From: the human T2T-CHM13v2.0 reference genome, Homo sapiens
Direction: 5' to 3' (one strand)
Length of the DNA stretch: 64,000 nt
Assembly: GCF_009914755.1 (NCBI RefSeq)
Contig: NC_060926.1
Below the pieces are notes generated by a model that saw nothing but the letters and a program-made list of their open reading frames with translations, was not told the DNA's origin and searched no databases. Shown here piece by piece: positions 1 through 31,914 of the stretch. The position numbers and the translations under genes were made by a program. Position 1 is the stretch's first letter, and every line of letters begins with the position of its first letter.

Positions 1-175
1 TGTGTTGGCTATCCTAGGTCTTTTGCCTTTCCATATAAACTTTAGAATCAGTTGGTTAAAATTCACCAAATAACTTGCTAGAATTTTGATTGGAATTGCA
101 TTAAATCTATAGATCAAGTTGGAAAGAACTGACATCCTGATAATATTGAGTTTTCGTAATCATAAACATGGTGTA
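1..175 (-). mobile_element. Old L1 (L1M) ORF2 fragment
   Basis: Antisense L1 ORF2-like text (ccatataaactttagaatc...gcattaaatctatagatc...atattgagt). Confidence 0.75.
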
Positions 176-197
176 TTTGTCTTTAAAAAACATATAG

Positions 198-795
<598 letters not shown>

Positions 796-939
796 CAGTA
801 TCTCTCTCTATTTATTTAGTTCTTCTTAGATTTGTTTATTTATTTACTTTTTGTTTTCCCAGACAGGGTCTTGCTTTGTCACCCAGGCTAGAGTGCAGTG
901 GGCAATAACAGCTGACTGCAGCCTTGATCTCTTGGGCTC

Positions 940-2294
<1,355 letters not shown>

Positions 2295-3075
2295 CTCACT
2301 CACCTGTAGACCAGGCCACCATAAACTGCAGTCCCTCCCTATGGTTAGACTACCATGTGCTCTGAGGCTTAATGCCTCTTTCCTAGACTGCAGCTATTCA
2401 AAGACCATACAGCTGCCAAGCTTAAAACATTCTGCCTACACACTAAAGTCCACTAACACCTCTAAATTTATATAGCTCCTCTAAGTTCCGAGTTTTGGTT
2501 TTGATTTCTCAGTATTCCTCAACATTCATCCAATTGGAAGTCTTCAGACTTCAGAGCTATACTTCCTTTCCAAACTGCAGGTTTCTCTTGTCCTGCAGGG
2601 ACAGAGGTTGCCTCATGTGCACCTTATGGCCAGGAAAAGAGCAAATAAGTCCAGACTATGTGAATAGTCTGAAGGCTAATTAGAAAATGTTGGTTTATTC
2701 TACACAAATTTACCAATCAAGTGAATCACTCCACTTCTGCTAAGACAGAGTGACTATAGAGGCACAGAGGCAAAGAATTACATTCTTTGGCCAGGTTCAA
2801 GTGATTCTCCCACCTCAGACTCCCAAGTAGCTGGGACTATAGGGCACATTCCACCACGCCTGGTTAATTATTATTACTATTAGTTTTTGTAAATATGGGG
2901 TTTTGCCATGTTGCCCAGGCTGATCTTGTGAACTCCTGTGTTCTATCCACTGAGAAATGTTCCTTCTACATGGGATGACGGAAGAGTACAGGAGAAGCAT
3001 TCTCTGCTAGCAAGGTAGCCTCTGTCTTCTCAGTGAAGTAGGAGACAAAGTTGTGTCAAAAAAATATTTCAGGCA

Positions 3076-3800
<725 letters not shown>

Positions 3801-4384
3801 TTCCTGAGTGTCCCTGATGATTTAGAGTTAGAGTGCAGTTAGAGTCAGGAAGAAATCAAGGCATGAAGTAATACAGGAGCTGGGATGAAAAACATGAACA
3901 ATGGAAGGGTCTTGTTTCAACTGGAATGGAAGAGAGCCAAGCTGAGCACAGTAACCAGGCTACAAGGAGGACAAATGAATCTAAATGGAATACTGATACT
4001 AACTGGCTAACACTTATCATGTACTTAATTTGTGCTAGGTTTATATGAATTATCTATTTAAACCTTCACAGGAAGTCTTTGAGAAATTTAAGGGAAAGAG
4101 GAATTCAGTAACCTGTCCCTGGCCACTCAGCTAGTGAAGGGCAGTGTGAGTTTAAACCCAGGCAGTTTGACCCTAAAATCTGCAGCTTTAACCTCAGTCC
4201 TACTGGTTGAATTCAAATTACTCTTAGAACAAATACCAGGTTCAGTAGAATGGGAAAAATGATAAAACAAGAGGTTATGGGTAGGAATGGGCATTTACAT
4301 TTAAAATCTTGGAGGTTGAGCAGATTTGATATCCTAGGAAGGTGGATGGTAACAAGTCAATAAAGCTGAAAAAATGTGAGATCA

Positions 4385-4703
<319 letters not shown>

Positions 4704-4707
4704 TCAT

Positions 4708-4820
4708 GAACCATTTACCCTGATGGGATTATTGTACATTGTATGCCTGTATCAAAATATTTCATGTGTCCCATAAATATGTACACCTACCATGTCCCCA
4801 TAAAAATTTTTTTTAATTAA
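4708..4820 (+). mobile_element. L1 (L1MA/PB) 3' end fragment
   Basis: cattgtatgcctgtatcaaaatat...ccataaatatgtacacctac followed by an A-rich tail. Confidence 0.7.
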
Positions 4821-4924
4821 AAATTTTGATAGGAAAGAGAAGAGAGTGGTGTTAGTGTTTGGATTAAATTTCAAAGGAAACTATGTAATCCATTATAATC
4901 TCTCTCCTTCCTCCACTTCGGTTT

Positions 4925-5219
<295 letters not shown>

Positions 5220-5439
5220 TGAGGAACAAAGAAAGGCTAAAAGACACGTCACATTATTAATAATCTTGGCTAGTTGTAACAAAGTAAAATAAAATGTCTC
5301 AATAAATTTTTAAATCTTTGTTGCTTGGCTTGTCTCATTTTAGCATTGAGAATCAAGCTTAAATATCCAAGTAATCAGTTATAAGAATACACAGGAAATA
5401 ATATAACACTTTTATTCCCAGAATAAAAATAGAATGCTT

Positions 5440-6770
<1,331 letters not shown>

Positions 6771-6789
6771 CTAGAAGCATGACACTCTC

Positions 6790-7799
<1,010 letters not shown>

Positions 7800-8031
7800 T
7801 AACCGATGTATTATTTATTGCCTGCACTTCTATACAAATCCTTGACTGTAAGTTCTATGACGAGTTTATTTAACAGTTCCAGACACAGAGAAGCACTACA
7901 AGAGAGAAAAAAGAAAAAAAAAAAAAAGAGAGAGAGAGGTGAGTGAATTCAGTTAGTAGTTAGCCTGAGAAATGAGAAATTGTACTAAATGAAGTGACAC
8001 ACTGGGAACACTGGATAACAATTTGTGGTTA

Positions 8032-9108
<1,077 letters not shown>

Positions 9109-9194
9109 CCCCATGTTTTTGGTGTATTTTCTCTTTCTACTTCAATATTATATTGTAGTAGATGCCTTGAATTTAGGACAATATCCTAATCTTT

Positions 9195-9975
<781 letters not shown>

Positions 9976-10777
9976 TAATCTACTCTGTAATCTAGAGTAG
10001 ATTACACTGAGTTGTCATTATATTTTTGGAGAGATGGGGTTTTGTTATGTTGACCAGGCTGATCTCCAAACTCCTGGCATCAAGTGATTTTCCCACCTCA
10101 GCCTCCCAAAGTGCTGGGATTATGGCTGGGAGATACCACACCCAGCTAACTAGAATTTTAAATGTTTCTCATTGCTGTCAGAACAAGCCATAAGCCCCAG
10201 CCTGACCTTTATGGCCACAGTAAGATGGACCTTACCTACTTCTCCAGTCTTTCCTATATTAATATCCTGTTCCACCTAAATTGCTTGACTTAATTATTCT
10301 CCAAATATGCTAAGCATATTTGGGATGTATGCTCATGGTCTTTGCTTTGTCTGTCTGCTCAGTTTCCACATCTGTTTGGAGGCCACTGCTGCCTGGCTTA
10401 GCTCACAGTGCTGTCTCATTCTGTAAACATCTGTAGCCCTCCCAGTGCCATAAAAAAAATATGTAGCCTTGCCTACTCATGAATGCCTAACACAATACAG
10501 TGCATATATTAGTTTTTTGATTCATTAGTTACATTCTTATTAATTTTTTTTTTAATTCAGAAGAGGCTTGCTAATTTATAAGGCTCAAATTTCTCTGACC
10601 AAGCAGGAGTTAAGGCCAAACAGGGAGAAACTGGAAGCAATGTGCTCACGTGTCTTTGTTTGGATTTTCATCACACCCTAATGAGGGTGCAGTTATTTCA
10701 GTGACATTTGACTATGCATCATTACCCAAAGAAGAGTTTTATATAAGTGAGTGTTCTAGAAATGAAGGTTCTAATAG

Positions 10778-11793
<1,016 letters not shown>

Positions 11794-12359
11794 AAATTTC
11801 TTTAAAATATATTTCTGATACTATTGCATTCAATCTTATAGATAGACGTAGTTCAGGAGTCAGTGGCTCTGTAATTCTTATGAAAAATAGTATTCCTTTA
11901 TCCCCATCTTGTATTATTGGTCCTTGATCTTTTGCTGAGTGAGTAAGTACAGGCATCTCACATGCTACTGTATTACGTGTGTGTGGGTTTGGTAGTCAGG
12001 GGTGAGTGGAAGGAGTGGCAGTTATCAGTGAGCGTGTGTTACTATTTGTTGTATTTAAAAATTTTTTTTTCAAAACAGGATCTCACTTTGTTGTCTTGGA
12101 TGGTCTTGAACTCCTGGCCTCATGTGATCCTGCCTCCTTGGCCTCCCAAACTACTGGGATTACAGGTGTGAGCCACTGCACCTGGCCAGTGCTCCTATTT
12201 GAAAGCACATCTTCACTCTCCCCTCCATTAGATCTGAGCTCCCCTCCTTTAGATCTACTGAACGTGGGGAGACGATGGACCTGTGTTGTAACCTAGCAAC
12301 CCAGAGCACGTTTTCTTCTGTATTGCAATAGCTAGGTAGCCATCTGCCTAGATGTAGAC

Positions 12360-12537
12360 CAGTAGTTCTCAAACCTAAGTAAGCATCAGTATCACCTAGA
12401 GGGTTTCACTGAGCCCCTCCCCCAGAGTTGCTGATCAGGAGGTCTGAAGTGGGTGAGGCCCAAGAATTTGTATTTCCATTAGATTCCCATGTTACACTGA
12501 TGTTGCTGATTCAGGGACCATACTTGAGAGCCGCTGG
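12360..12537. mobile_element. MER5A
   Basis: cagtagttctcaaac...catcag...gggaccatacttgagagccgctg terminal inverted repeats. Confidence 0.75.
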
Positions 12538-12719
12538 TATAGTGGGAAAGAAAACATCAAAAGGGAAAAAAAGAACCCAATGAACACAAAACTTTAAATC
12601 AGGTGCTTTCTGATGTCTTTTTTGTTTTGACAGTGTGAACATTGTAGTAATTAATTCAATTAATTGTTGCCAGATGAACAGAATAAAAGGCACAGGTTAA
12701 AAAAAAAAGGGAGTGGGGA

Positions 12720-14428
<1,709 letters not shown>

Positions 14429-14721
14429 TAATGATGCTTCTTAATCAGAATACAGTTCCTGCTGATTGAATTAATAAAACTGTAATTGTGTTGTAATTGT
14501 TTTCCCTCTGGGAGAGGAAGTATCAGTACAATACTTTCTTTAAATGCTATTAAAAAATAATGCTCCTAAACAAGATTTTAAAATGTCCTACCAGAGACTA
14601 TAAAACAGTGGGTCAAATGTTTGCTTAAAAGAAAAAAAGCCAAAAATTACATAGCTCAGTAATTGCTGTCACATTGGAAGGCTATAAAGTTAGTGCAATT
14701 ATCCTGTCATTACCTAAAAAA

Positions 14722-14937
14722 AGGATAGGCAAACTGCAGACTGTGGGCCAAATACCCACAAACTGCTCCTGTAAATAAAATTATTGGAACACATCTAAAC
14801 TCACTCATTTAAGTATTGTCTACAGCTGCTTTCTTGTGACAGCAGTGTTGATTAGTTGTGCGAGAATCCATATGATCCACAAAGCCTAAAATATTTATCA
14901 TCTAAATATATACAGAAAAAGTTTACCAATCCCTGGC
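14722..14937. mobile_element. MER58A-like DNA transposon
   Basis: ggcaaact...gggccaaat...gtaaataaa..ttattggaacac...caaagcctaaaatattta...acagaaaaagttt..caatccctg. Confidence 0.75.
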
Positions 14938-15091
14938 CTAAAATAGTTTTGGAGCTCTTATTTTGTTTCTTGTTTAATTTTAGAAACATGGGAAGTTTTT
15001 TGAATAGCATCTATGTTGCAAATTTTAATTTGTTAAGGTAGACTTGATTTTTCAGAAATACCAAAGGTCATTTGTGTTAAAGAATGGTAAA

Positions 15092-15686
15092 TGTTAAAAT
15101 AAATTTTCAGTGCCACAAAGAAATAGCACTGGAACATAAATTTAATTTTCTCAGCAAGGCAATTTTTACTTCTATAGAAGGGTACAACTCACAGATGGAG
15201 CAATGGCGAGAGCACATTTGAACAAGGGAGGGGAAGGGGTTTTATTCCTGATGCAGGTAGCCCCTACTGCTGTGTTGTTCCTCTCTTGGCTAGGGTTGAA
15301 CCGCACAGTCTAAGCTAATTCTGATTGGCTGTTTTAAGGAGCAGGCATACGAGCCGGAGTGGTAGGGTGAGTAGTTTGGCACGAAGGGTGGTTACAGAAC
15401 AGGTAACTCGGGATGATTCAGGTCAGAGCAGCTGACCATGGGTGACTCAGGATGGAGCAGGTGACCAGGGGAATAGATGTGAACTACTAATTAGAACTGG
15501 TGGAAAAGATTGTTTACTGAAACTAGGGGCAAGGAGAACGAGGAAGTTAAACTTTAAAATGGAGAATGAAGAACAGGGGAGCTGAACATATTGATACCAT
15601 TGGTTCTTTGGAGAGGATCTCAGAACTCATTGTACTTAACAATTTACAGTCTAAAATCTTTGAAGAGGAATTTATTATATCCTACA
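15092..15686 (-). mobile_element. Solo ERV1 LTR (LTR10C-like)
   Basis: TG...CA ends (minus strand starts TGTAGGATATAATAAATTCCTCTTCAAAG); exact 5-bp TSD GTAAA at 15087-15091 and 15687-15691. Confidence 0.85.
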
Positions 15687-16451
15687 GTAAATAAGTTGGG
15701 TGATCACTTGTTCTGATCCTGTTTCATCCAAAATAAAATGTGCATGTATTTAAAATAACTACACTAATTTTATTATGAGGTTCTTAAAAGGCTCTGAAGC
15801 GCAAAAGTGGGGTTCCCAGAAATGTCCAAGCCACAGTAGCATTGTTGACATAAACATATTCATTGCCTCCTCTGCTTTCTTTTAAAATTGATCCTGAATA
15901 CAAATGTCCACATAATCCAAAACAACTGGACAAATAAATTGAGCATTTTTTGGAGTCATGGAGTACAAAAGAAGTTATATGAGGGAGCTTTTTATTTTAC
16001 AACTGGGTTGTACTGGTGTTAAACACATAATCCTAAATTTAGTTGAACCATCTGGGCAACTCTTAATAAATAGTGAGAACAGACTGTTCTGTGAAGACGG
16101 GCACATTTTAAGTGCTCGGGCAGCATAAATACTTTGGCCAACCTTGAGCCAGTGAGCCAAGTAAAAAAATAAAAAAATGACCCCTAGAGAAATCCCTATC
16201 ATCTTACCAGTGGTATTACTGAGCTTGCTTTCCCCCACAACTTCCTATTCTGAAAATTTTCAAATCTATAGAAAAGTTGCAAGAATACAACTCATATATT
16301 TGTCATCTTGATTCACCAATTTTGAATGTCTTGCCACATTTGCTTTTTTCCCTCTCTCCTTCCCTTCTTCCCTTCTTTCCTTCCTTCCCTCCTTCCTTTT
16401 TTCTTTTGTTAAATTATTTGAGAAGTTGTAGATATCATGACATCTTACCCC

Positions 16452-17311
16452 TGACAGGGTTCAGGATTCGCTACCCCAAAATATGGTGACCTGTTGTATT
16501 TAATATTTTGGGCTTTTATTTTGTTTTGTTCTGTTTTGAGACAGGGTCTCACCCTGTCACCCATGCTAGAGTACAGTTTTGTTTTGTTTTGAGACAGGTT
16601 CTCACTCTGTCACCCATGCTAGAGTACAGTGGCCTGATAGCAGCTCACTGCAGCCTTGAACTTCTGGGCTCAAGTGGTCCTCCTCCCTCAGCCTTCTGAG
16701 TAGTTGGGAGTATAGGCAGGTGTCACCATGCTCAGCTAATTTTTTTTTTAAGTAGATGTGGGGTCTCCCTATGTTGCACAGGGTGGTCTTGAATTTCTGA
16801 CCTCAAGCAACCCTCCCACCTCAGCCTCACAAAGTATTGGGATTACCCGGGCATGAGCCGCTGTGCCAGGCCCATATTTAAAATTTAAGCTGAAGGAATT
16901 TGAGAAGTGGTAGATGCAGAAAGGACTCTCTGACCATTCACTGAAGCAGGTTGTAGGAGTCTCAGGCAAGGGGTGCCCTCTCCATTCCCCTTGTCTCTGA
17001 AGATGGAGAGACGCCTCCCAAGAGGAATCCGAATGGACAGGCCTTGCTGTTTCCCCAGTTTATTTTCCTTAGCTCATACGCCTTTTGTCCTATCATATTT
17101 TTCACGACTTTCCAATCTTCATCAAACCTAGTGTTAAAACACACAGGTTTAACTGTTTCTTCAGCTCTGGTTTTCCTTATTAAGGCTCCCATATCATATA
17201 AGACTTACATTAAATAAGTTTGTATTCTTTTCTCTTGTTAATCTGTCTTTTGTTTTTGAGACCCAGCCTGACCAAAAAGGGTAAAAGAAAAAATATTTTT
17301 TCTTTCCTATA
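16452..17311 (+). mobile_element. MER34/MER39-group ERV1 LTR with an antisense AluJ inside (about 16520-16873)
   Basis: tgacagggttcagga...ctaccccaaaatatgg start; taaataagtttgtattcttttctcttgttaatctgtctttt near the 3' end. Confidence 0.7.
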
Positions 17312-17339
17312 CCCAGCGTGCATAGCCTCATAACCTTTC

Positions 17340-17880
17340 AAAGAATTGTTGTTAATTTCCAGGTGATTATGCTTTTTTGTTGTTGATCATTTCATTTTAC
17401 ATTTTATGTGTGTGTGGGTTGTGACCATATATTTTATTATTCTTGAATAATCACCCAGAAGTGGAATTGCTAGCTCTTATGGAAAGTATGTGTTTAACTT
17501 TATAAGAAATGTCACACTAATTTTTTTTAAGAGAGGGGTCTCCCTATGTTCTCTAGCCTGGTCTCAAACTCCTAGGCTCAAGTAGTCCTTTTGCCTCAGC
17601 CTCCTGAGTATCCGGGATGACAGCCTACCTGATTTTTAGAGCAACTTTATCATTTTGTTTTCCTGTAGTCAAAGTTTGAGAATTTCAGGTGCTTTATATC
17701 CACATGAACCCTTGAGTTTTCCAGTCTTTTACATTTTAACCATTTTAGTATATTGCTAATAGTATTGCATTGTGACTTGATTTGCATTTGTCTGTGACTA
17801 AAGGTGTTGAGTATCCTTTCATGGGCGTACTGCATTTATACACCATTTTTGGGTATTGTATGTATTTTTGCCAAATTTTT
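17340..17880 (-). mobile_element. Old L1M fragment with an Alu monomer
   Basis: cccagaagtggaattgct...tttaactttataagaaa; tttgcattt..ctgtgactaaaggtgttgag. Confidence 0.6.
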
Positions 17881-17899
17881 AAAAATAAACTTAAAGTTT

Positions 17900-21235
<3,336 letters not shown>

Positions 21236-21325
21236 CAGTTTTAGGTTTACTGAAAAATTGCCAAGATAGTAGAGTGAGTTCACATATATCCTGTAGCCAG
21301 TTTCCTCTATTATTAACATTAGCAT

Positions 21326-21858
21326 TGTTGGGGCTCAGAACATAATGTCCAGAAATAGGGTAGTTTGAAAACTGAGAAGATAGCAGAAGCAGGAGGGTCT
21401 CTTTGACCTTCTCTTGTGCCTTTCTCCCCTAAAGCAAGCCATAAAAACTAGAATTGCCTTCACCCTTTTTCTCCTCTGAAGCAGACCATAAAAACTTGGA
21501 GGGTCACTCTCTGGCCTTTTCCCTCCTTTTCCCCCAGAAGGCTGTCATGTAACAGCTGTCCTGCCCTGTATCCCAGGGAAGAAATATCAAACAGGGATGC
21601 CAAGAAGAAACTGAACAAACGAGCCTAATTCCTCCCAGTTTGTTACCATTCCATCATACCTTTTGTCTTCCAATCATACTTCAGACTATCATAAAAATAC
21701 ACAGTTTTTCTGGGTCTTCTCGTTTCTGAAAGCTCTCATGTCACATAAAACTTATACTAAATAATTTTGTTATGCTTTTCTCTTGTTAATCTGTCTTTTA
21801 TTATAGAGGTCTCAGCCATAAACCTTGCAATGGGTGAGGAAATCTGTTCTTCTCTACA
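21326..21858 (+). mobile_element. MER34/MER39-group solo LTR
   Basis: tgttggggctcagaa ... ctctaca termini; body similar to the LTR at 16452. Confidence 0.65.
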
Positions 21859-21983
21859 TCTTGGTATATTTGTTATAATTCAGGAACCAATATTGATACA
21901 TTATTGTGAATAAAAGTCCATACTTTATTCAGATTTCTTCAGGTTTTACCTAATGTCTTTTTCTGTTTCAGAACCCCATCTAG

Positions 21984-22331
<348 letters not shown>

Positions 22332-22513
22332 TAGTCATTATGTTTCTTTGGGCTACTCTTGGCTATGGCAATTTCTCAGACTTTTTTTGTTTTTAATGAC
22401 CTTGATAGTTTTGAAGACTACTCATCAGATATTTTGTAGAATGTTCTTCAACTGGAATTTGTCTAATGTTTTTCTTATTATTAGACTGGGTTTATGGGTT
22501 AAGGGGACGAGAA

Positions 22514-23441
22514 TGTTGGGACTCAGAAACCAATACTCCAAAATATGGCATTCTGACATGCTGAATTGAAGAAAAAGCCTCAAGGTCTCTCTGACTTTCC
22601 CGGCAATTCCCCTCAGCCTCCTGGCTCTCAATCTTATTTTTCTCTCTGTAAACATGGGATGATGTTCTCTGAAGTTCCCTCATCTACTTAAAGTCCAGAC
22701 CCACCAAAGAAGAAAATAGTTATTTCTGGTACCTTCTCTGAGTTTTTATTAACTGAACTCAAATCACAGGAAGAAAGACTGAAGTGTGTCAACACACCTG
22801 GATGGACAGACTTTTGTCACAAACCATTGTTTTCTCAGCAGATCCAATAGACTTTGTCCCAGGCCATTGTATGTTCTTCGGTCCCATTGAATTCCCCTAA
22901 ATACCATTTACTACTCTCCTAAAATCATCCACTCTTCCCCATCTCCCTTTCCCCTAAAAAGAAGGGCATATAACCATCTGTAGTTCATTGCATAGTTGGG
23001 AAACGCTCTGTGGTTCTTCCCTGCACACGTTAATAAATTTGCACACCATTTCCCCTATTAATCTTGCTCGGCACAGTGGTTTACTTCTGTAATCCCAGAA
23101 TTTTGAGAACTGGTGGCTGGAGGATCATTGAGCTCAGCAGTTTGAGACCACTTTGGGTAAGATAGTGAGACCTCATCTCTACAAAATATATATATTTTAA
23201 AAATTAGCCAGGTATGGTGGTGTTGCCTGTGGTCCCCAGCTACTCAGGAGGCCGAGGTAGGAGCATGGCTTCAGCCTGGAAAGCTGAGGCTGCAGTAAGC
23301 CATGATGACACCACTGTACTCTAGCCTAGGTGACAGAGGGAAATCCTGTCTCAGGAAAAGAAAAAAAAATCTGCCCTTTGTCAGTTGATTTTTCAGTGAA
23401 CCTTCAGAGGGTGAAGAGGAAGTTTTCCCTTCACTCCTACA
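22514..23441 (+). mobile_element. MER39-like solo LTR with AluJ (23067-23370)
   Basis: tgttgggactcagaaaccaatactccaaaatatgg ... ttttcagtgaaccttcagaggg...cctaca. Confidence 0.7.
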
Positions 23442-23670
23442 AAAACTACAGCGGTGGAGTACCATTTTCATCACACATATCAAGGGTACATACTACCAGC
23501 ATAACCTCTCACTGTTGATGTTTACCTTGATGACCTACCTGAGGTCATATTTACCAGGTTTCTTACATTTTATTACTTTTTTTTTACAGTCCAGAGGTCA
23601 TATATATACATATATATACACACATATGTATATATGTATATGTACACACACATATATGTGTATATATGTA

Positions 23671-24913
23671 TTATGCATGAATTCATAGGGAAGTGGTTCC
23701 AGCAACTCAGGCTCCTTCCCATTGGTTCTCTCACATTGTCTTCTCTGGGTGGAGCTGACTGGTGCTTCAGTTGAATCCAGGTAACTTTCTCTTTGGCTTC
23801 CTTCTTTTTCTGATCATTTTCCTTCATGCGTTTCAGGAAATTCTCTTAGCTTGTAGAGTGCTTAAAGTGCTTAATACCCACGTTAATTCTCTTGGCAGGA
23901 ATCTTGCCCTTAACTTGTTTGTTTACAACAATGCCAACAGCATGCTGGGGAACATTGTAGGCTCTTCCAGTTTAGCCATGGTGACACTTGGGGGGCATTC
24001 CTATTTGAACAGTGCCCACTCCCTTGATGTCTACAATATCACCTTTCTTACAGATTTGTTCCCAGAACCAAGCCGGGTCCGGCTGTGTTTTCTCGAGGCC
24101 CGCCAATAATGAGAAGCAGACAAACTAGGAAAGAAGGGAATTTATTGCTGTAACCAGATACAGGGAGAAGGCCCGAGATAATTCCACCAGACCAATTCAA
24201 AGTGTTACAATTTTCTTAGTGCTTATGTAGGTTGAGGTTATGAGCCCAAGACCAGTCTAATATTCACCTAAGTCTATTGGTAGCTAATTTTGTTTCAATT
24301 AGAAGGTCGGAGGCAAAAAAATGCTTGCTAAGTCTGATTAAACTGTGGGGGCCCCAGGACCTTCAAGGCCTGTCTACTGTGATACTGGAGTGATTATTTC
24401 TATCTTATCTCCTTTACGGCTTGGCCTGGCGAGCTGCCTTAGACTCTCCAATGAATCTATTCAAACAGCTGCCTCTGTTACCTTGACTCGTCTCAGATTT
24501 CGTCGACTCCTGGCACAAGGAATGTATGACTGTCTCTATTATTTTGGTTTGCTCCAGGTTAGGGAGAAGCCCATGCAAGGCTCCTACTGACCATATGTTT
24601 CATTTCTAGCTTTGATGTCTGGGCACTGATTTCCCTAGGTTTAACTATTTGCTCAATGTTAAGGCAGTGCTATGGAAACCTGTCTGTCTAACTGGAGTGC
24701 TATGCAGGCCTGTCTGTGTGACTGTCATGCAGCCCCGTCTGTGCAATTGTCAGGGAGAGTTGGCCTGCCACAGATTCGCATATACATGGCCAAAGGAACA
24801 ACTCCACGTTTTCTAAACGGCCTAGAGAATATCTACCCAGCGCCTCTCCTCTCTCCCTTTGTGTTCGTTATTTTGGCGAATTACTGGAAGACGGCGGTTC
24901 CAGCTGAAAGGCC
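23671..24913 (-). pseudogene. RPL21P30: RPL21 processed pseudogene (probably RPL21P30), split by an LTR
   Basis: Minus strand gives [24 protein letters not shown] and the RPL21 5' UTR (cctttc..ggaaccgcc.tcttccagtaattcgccaaa); start mutated ATG>ATA at 24869-24871; intronless; stops and frameshifts. The P30 number is recalled, not verified. Confidence 0.93.
24057..24772 (-). mobile_element. 716-bp solo ERV1-class LTR inside the RPL21 pseudogene
   Basis: TG...CA termini; exact 4-bp TSD GATT (24053-24056, 24773-24776); removing it restores RPL21 continuity. Confidence 0.88.
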
Positions 24914-25312
24914 ATTTTAATACTTTCAAAATATGTGTATTTTTTTCATTTTTATACATTTGCAAAATAATGTCTCTAAAAAATAATAACTGACCTTTAG
25001 TACTCCTAACCTTATTGTTTTCCTTTCCCAAAGTTTCCTTCAGTAGAAATATAAACAAGTTCACCCAAATTAGTCACTGAAGCTCTCCAACTTCCTTTTC
25101 TTTTTCATTATGAAGGTCAGATCTGTGCCAATCATTGTGTGTGTGACAGTGACCACAGCATACTCTATGCCCTCAAGAAACTCATCCTCTAGGAGGAGGT
25201 GGCCAAAGCAGTAAGGGGCGCAGACACAATGTGACATGTGCTATAACAGAGGAAGTTCAGCAGGTTATGTCTCATTGGTGTCAGGGAAGGCTTCTTGGAG
25301 GAAAGCACTTCT

Positions 25313-27086
<1,774 letters not shown>

Positions 27087-27387
27087 GAGGAAAGCATTTC
27101 TAAGGAGGGACCTGAATGAGAAGGAGTTAGTCAGATAAAGCTGGAAAGAAAGAGTTCCAGGCAGAGAAAGTGGCTTCTACAAAGACTATTGACAAAAACC
27201 ATTGTATGTACAGTGTTGGGTATTTAGGCAGTTTATGAGGATTAAAGCCCAAGGCAAACTAATCAGGGTGAACAAAGAAAGGTGGCTCAGAGCAGTCTGA
27301 GCTTTGTGAGGTCTGCGAAATTAATGAGGCTCACAGAGATATGAGTGTGGGAGTGTGGTTAGGCCCCTCAGTCGTGCCTGTGGGCAA

Positions 27388-27700
27388 TTTTTTTTTTTTT
27401 TTTGAGACAGGGTCTTGCGTTGTTGTCCAGGCTGGAGCACAGTGGTCTAACCAAGGCTCACTGCAGCCTTGACCTCCCAGGCATGAGCTATCTTCCGACC
27501 TCACCCTTCCAAGTACTTGGGACCCCAGTTGTGTGCCACCATGCCTAGCTAATTTTTGTGTGTGTTTTGTTTTTTTTTTTGGTAGAGACAGGGTCCCACT
27601 GTGTTGCCCAGGCTGGTCTCGAACTCTTGGGCTCAAGCAAACTTCCTGTCTCAGCCTCCCAGTGAATTAAGATTACAGGTGTGAGCCACAATGCCTGGCC
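27388..27700 (-). mobile_element. AluJ
   Basis: Antisense Alu consensus with poly-T. Confidence 0.85.
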
Positions 27701-28147
27701 TATCCACACATTTCTATATGAATTTACTTTTAGGAGAGTGGGGGAATGATGAAAATTGTGTGTTATATAAGGTTTTGCCTAATGTGTGAGAAACACTGGT
27801 GTAGACCATGCTGAAGACAATCTGGAGCCCCTGAAAGCTTTCAGGCAGGGGAGTGACATGATCAGACCTGCATTTTGGGAAGATCATTCTGGCTGTAATG
27901 TGGAGAACAGACTGCAAGGAGCCAACCAAGGTAGCATGAAGACCAGCCGGATGGCTGTTGCCATAATCCAGGTGAGAAATGATGGTGGTCTGAAGTAAGG
28001 TGTTAGTAACAGAAATAAAGAAAGAACATAATGATTTTTTCTCCCTAGATTCTGAAAAGAGTTGGCTTCACTTTTCCCAGAAATACATGCTGTCAAGACC
28101 AAATGAATCATAATATCTCAGACATCCTGAAAGATAATGGGGAAATA

Positions 28148-28843
<696 letters not shown>

Positions 28844-28917
28844 TATATTTACAACAGGGATATTTCCCATATTTCTTAAATCATATCAATAGTGTAATGG
28901 TTAAAAGATTAGACTCA

Positions 28918-29770
<853 letters not shown>

Positions 29771-30283
29771 TAGAGACAATTTCAAAAGCAAATTGTTCAG
29801 TTATCTTTTGAGTAGTGGTATTAAATTTATACTCAACCATCTACATGATCACAGTTTGACCCATTTGTGACAAATTTCAGACAATTCTAGGATTAGAATG
29901 GCTACCTATAATTTTCGGTTATAGAAGAGAGTGAAACTTACCTGTTGGCACCAGGCTTTTACCCAATGGTAGATGTTTCCTTCTTATAATTTGTTAACAT
30001 TTTGGGTGATCATGGAGAAGTACCTTCTAAGGACTTGAGAATGAGGAAATAAGATTGCCCTTTGAGAATAAACTGTAGGATCAGAGCAGAAAAATATTAA
30101 ATTTCCTGAAGGAGACAGGCTGAGTCTTAGGCCAGCTAAAATGTCAACAATATAATTAAATGTATATTAATATATCTAAAGATATCAGTCAAAAGACGAT
30201 TGATTGGCCTAGGTAAACATATAGACAAAACTGGCAGTACCTCTCCAAGCTTAGAGTAGGGGAAAGAAAGTCTTAACCTTTAG

Positions 30284-31914
<1,631 letters not shown>

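Noticed and set aside
23762-24109. 115-aa plus-strand ORF
   Set aside because: Antisense shadow of the RPL21 pseudogene.
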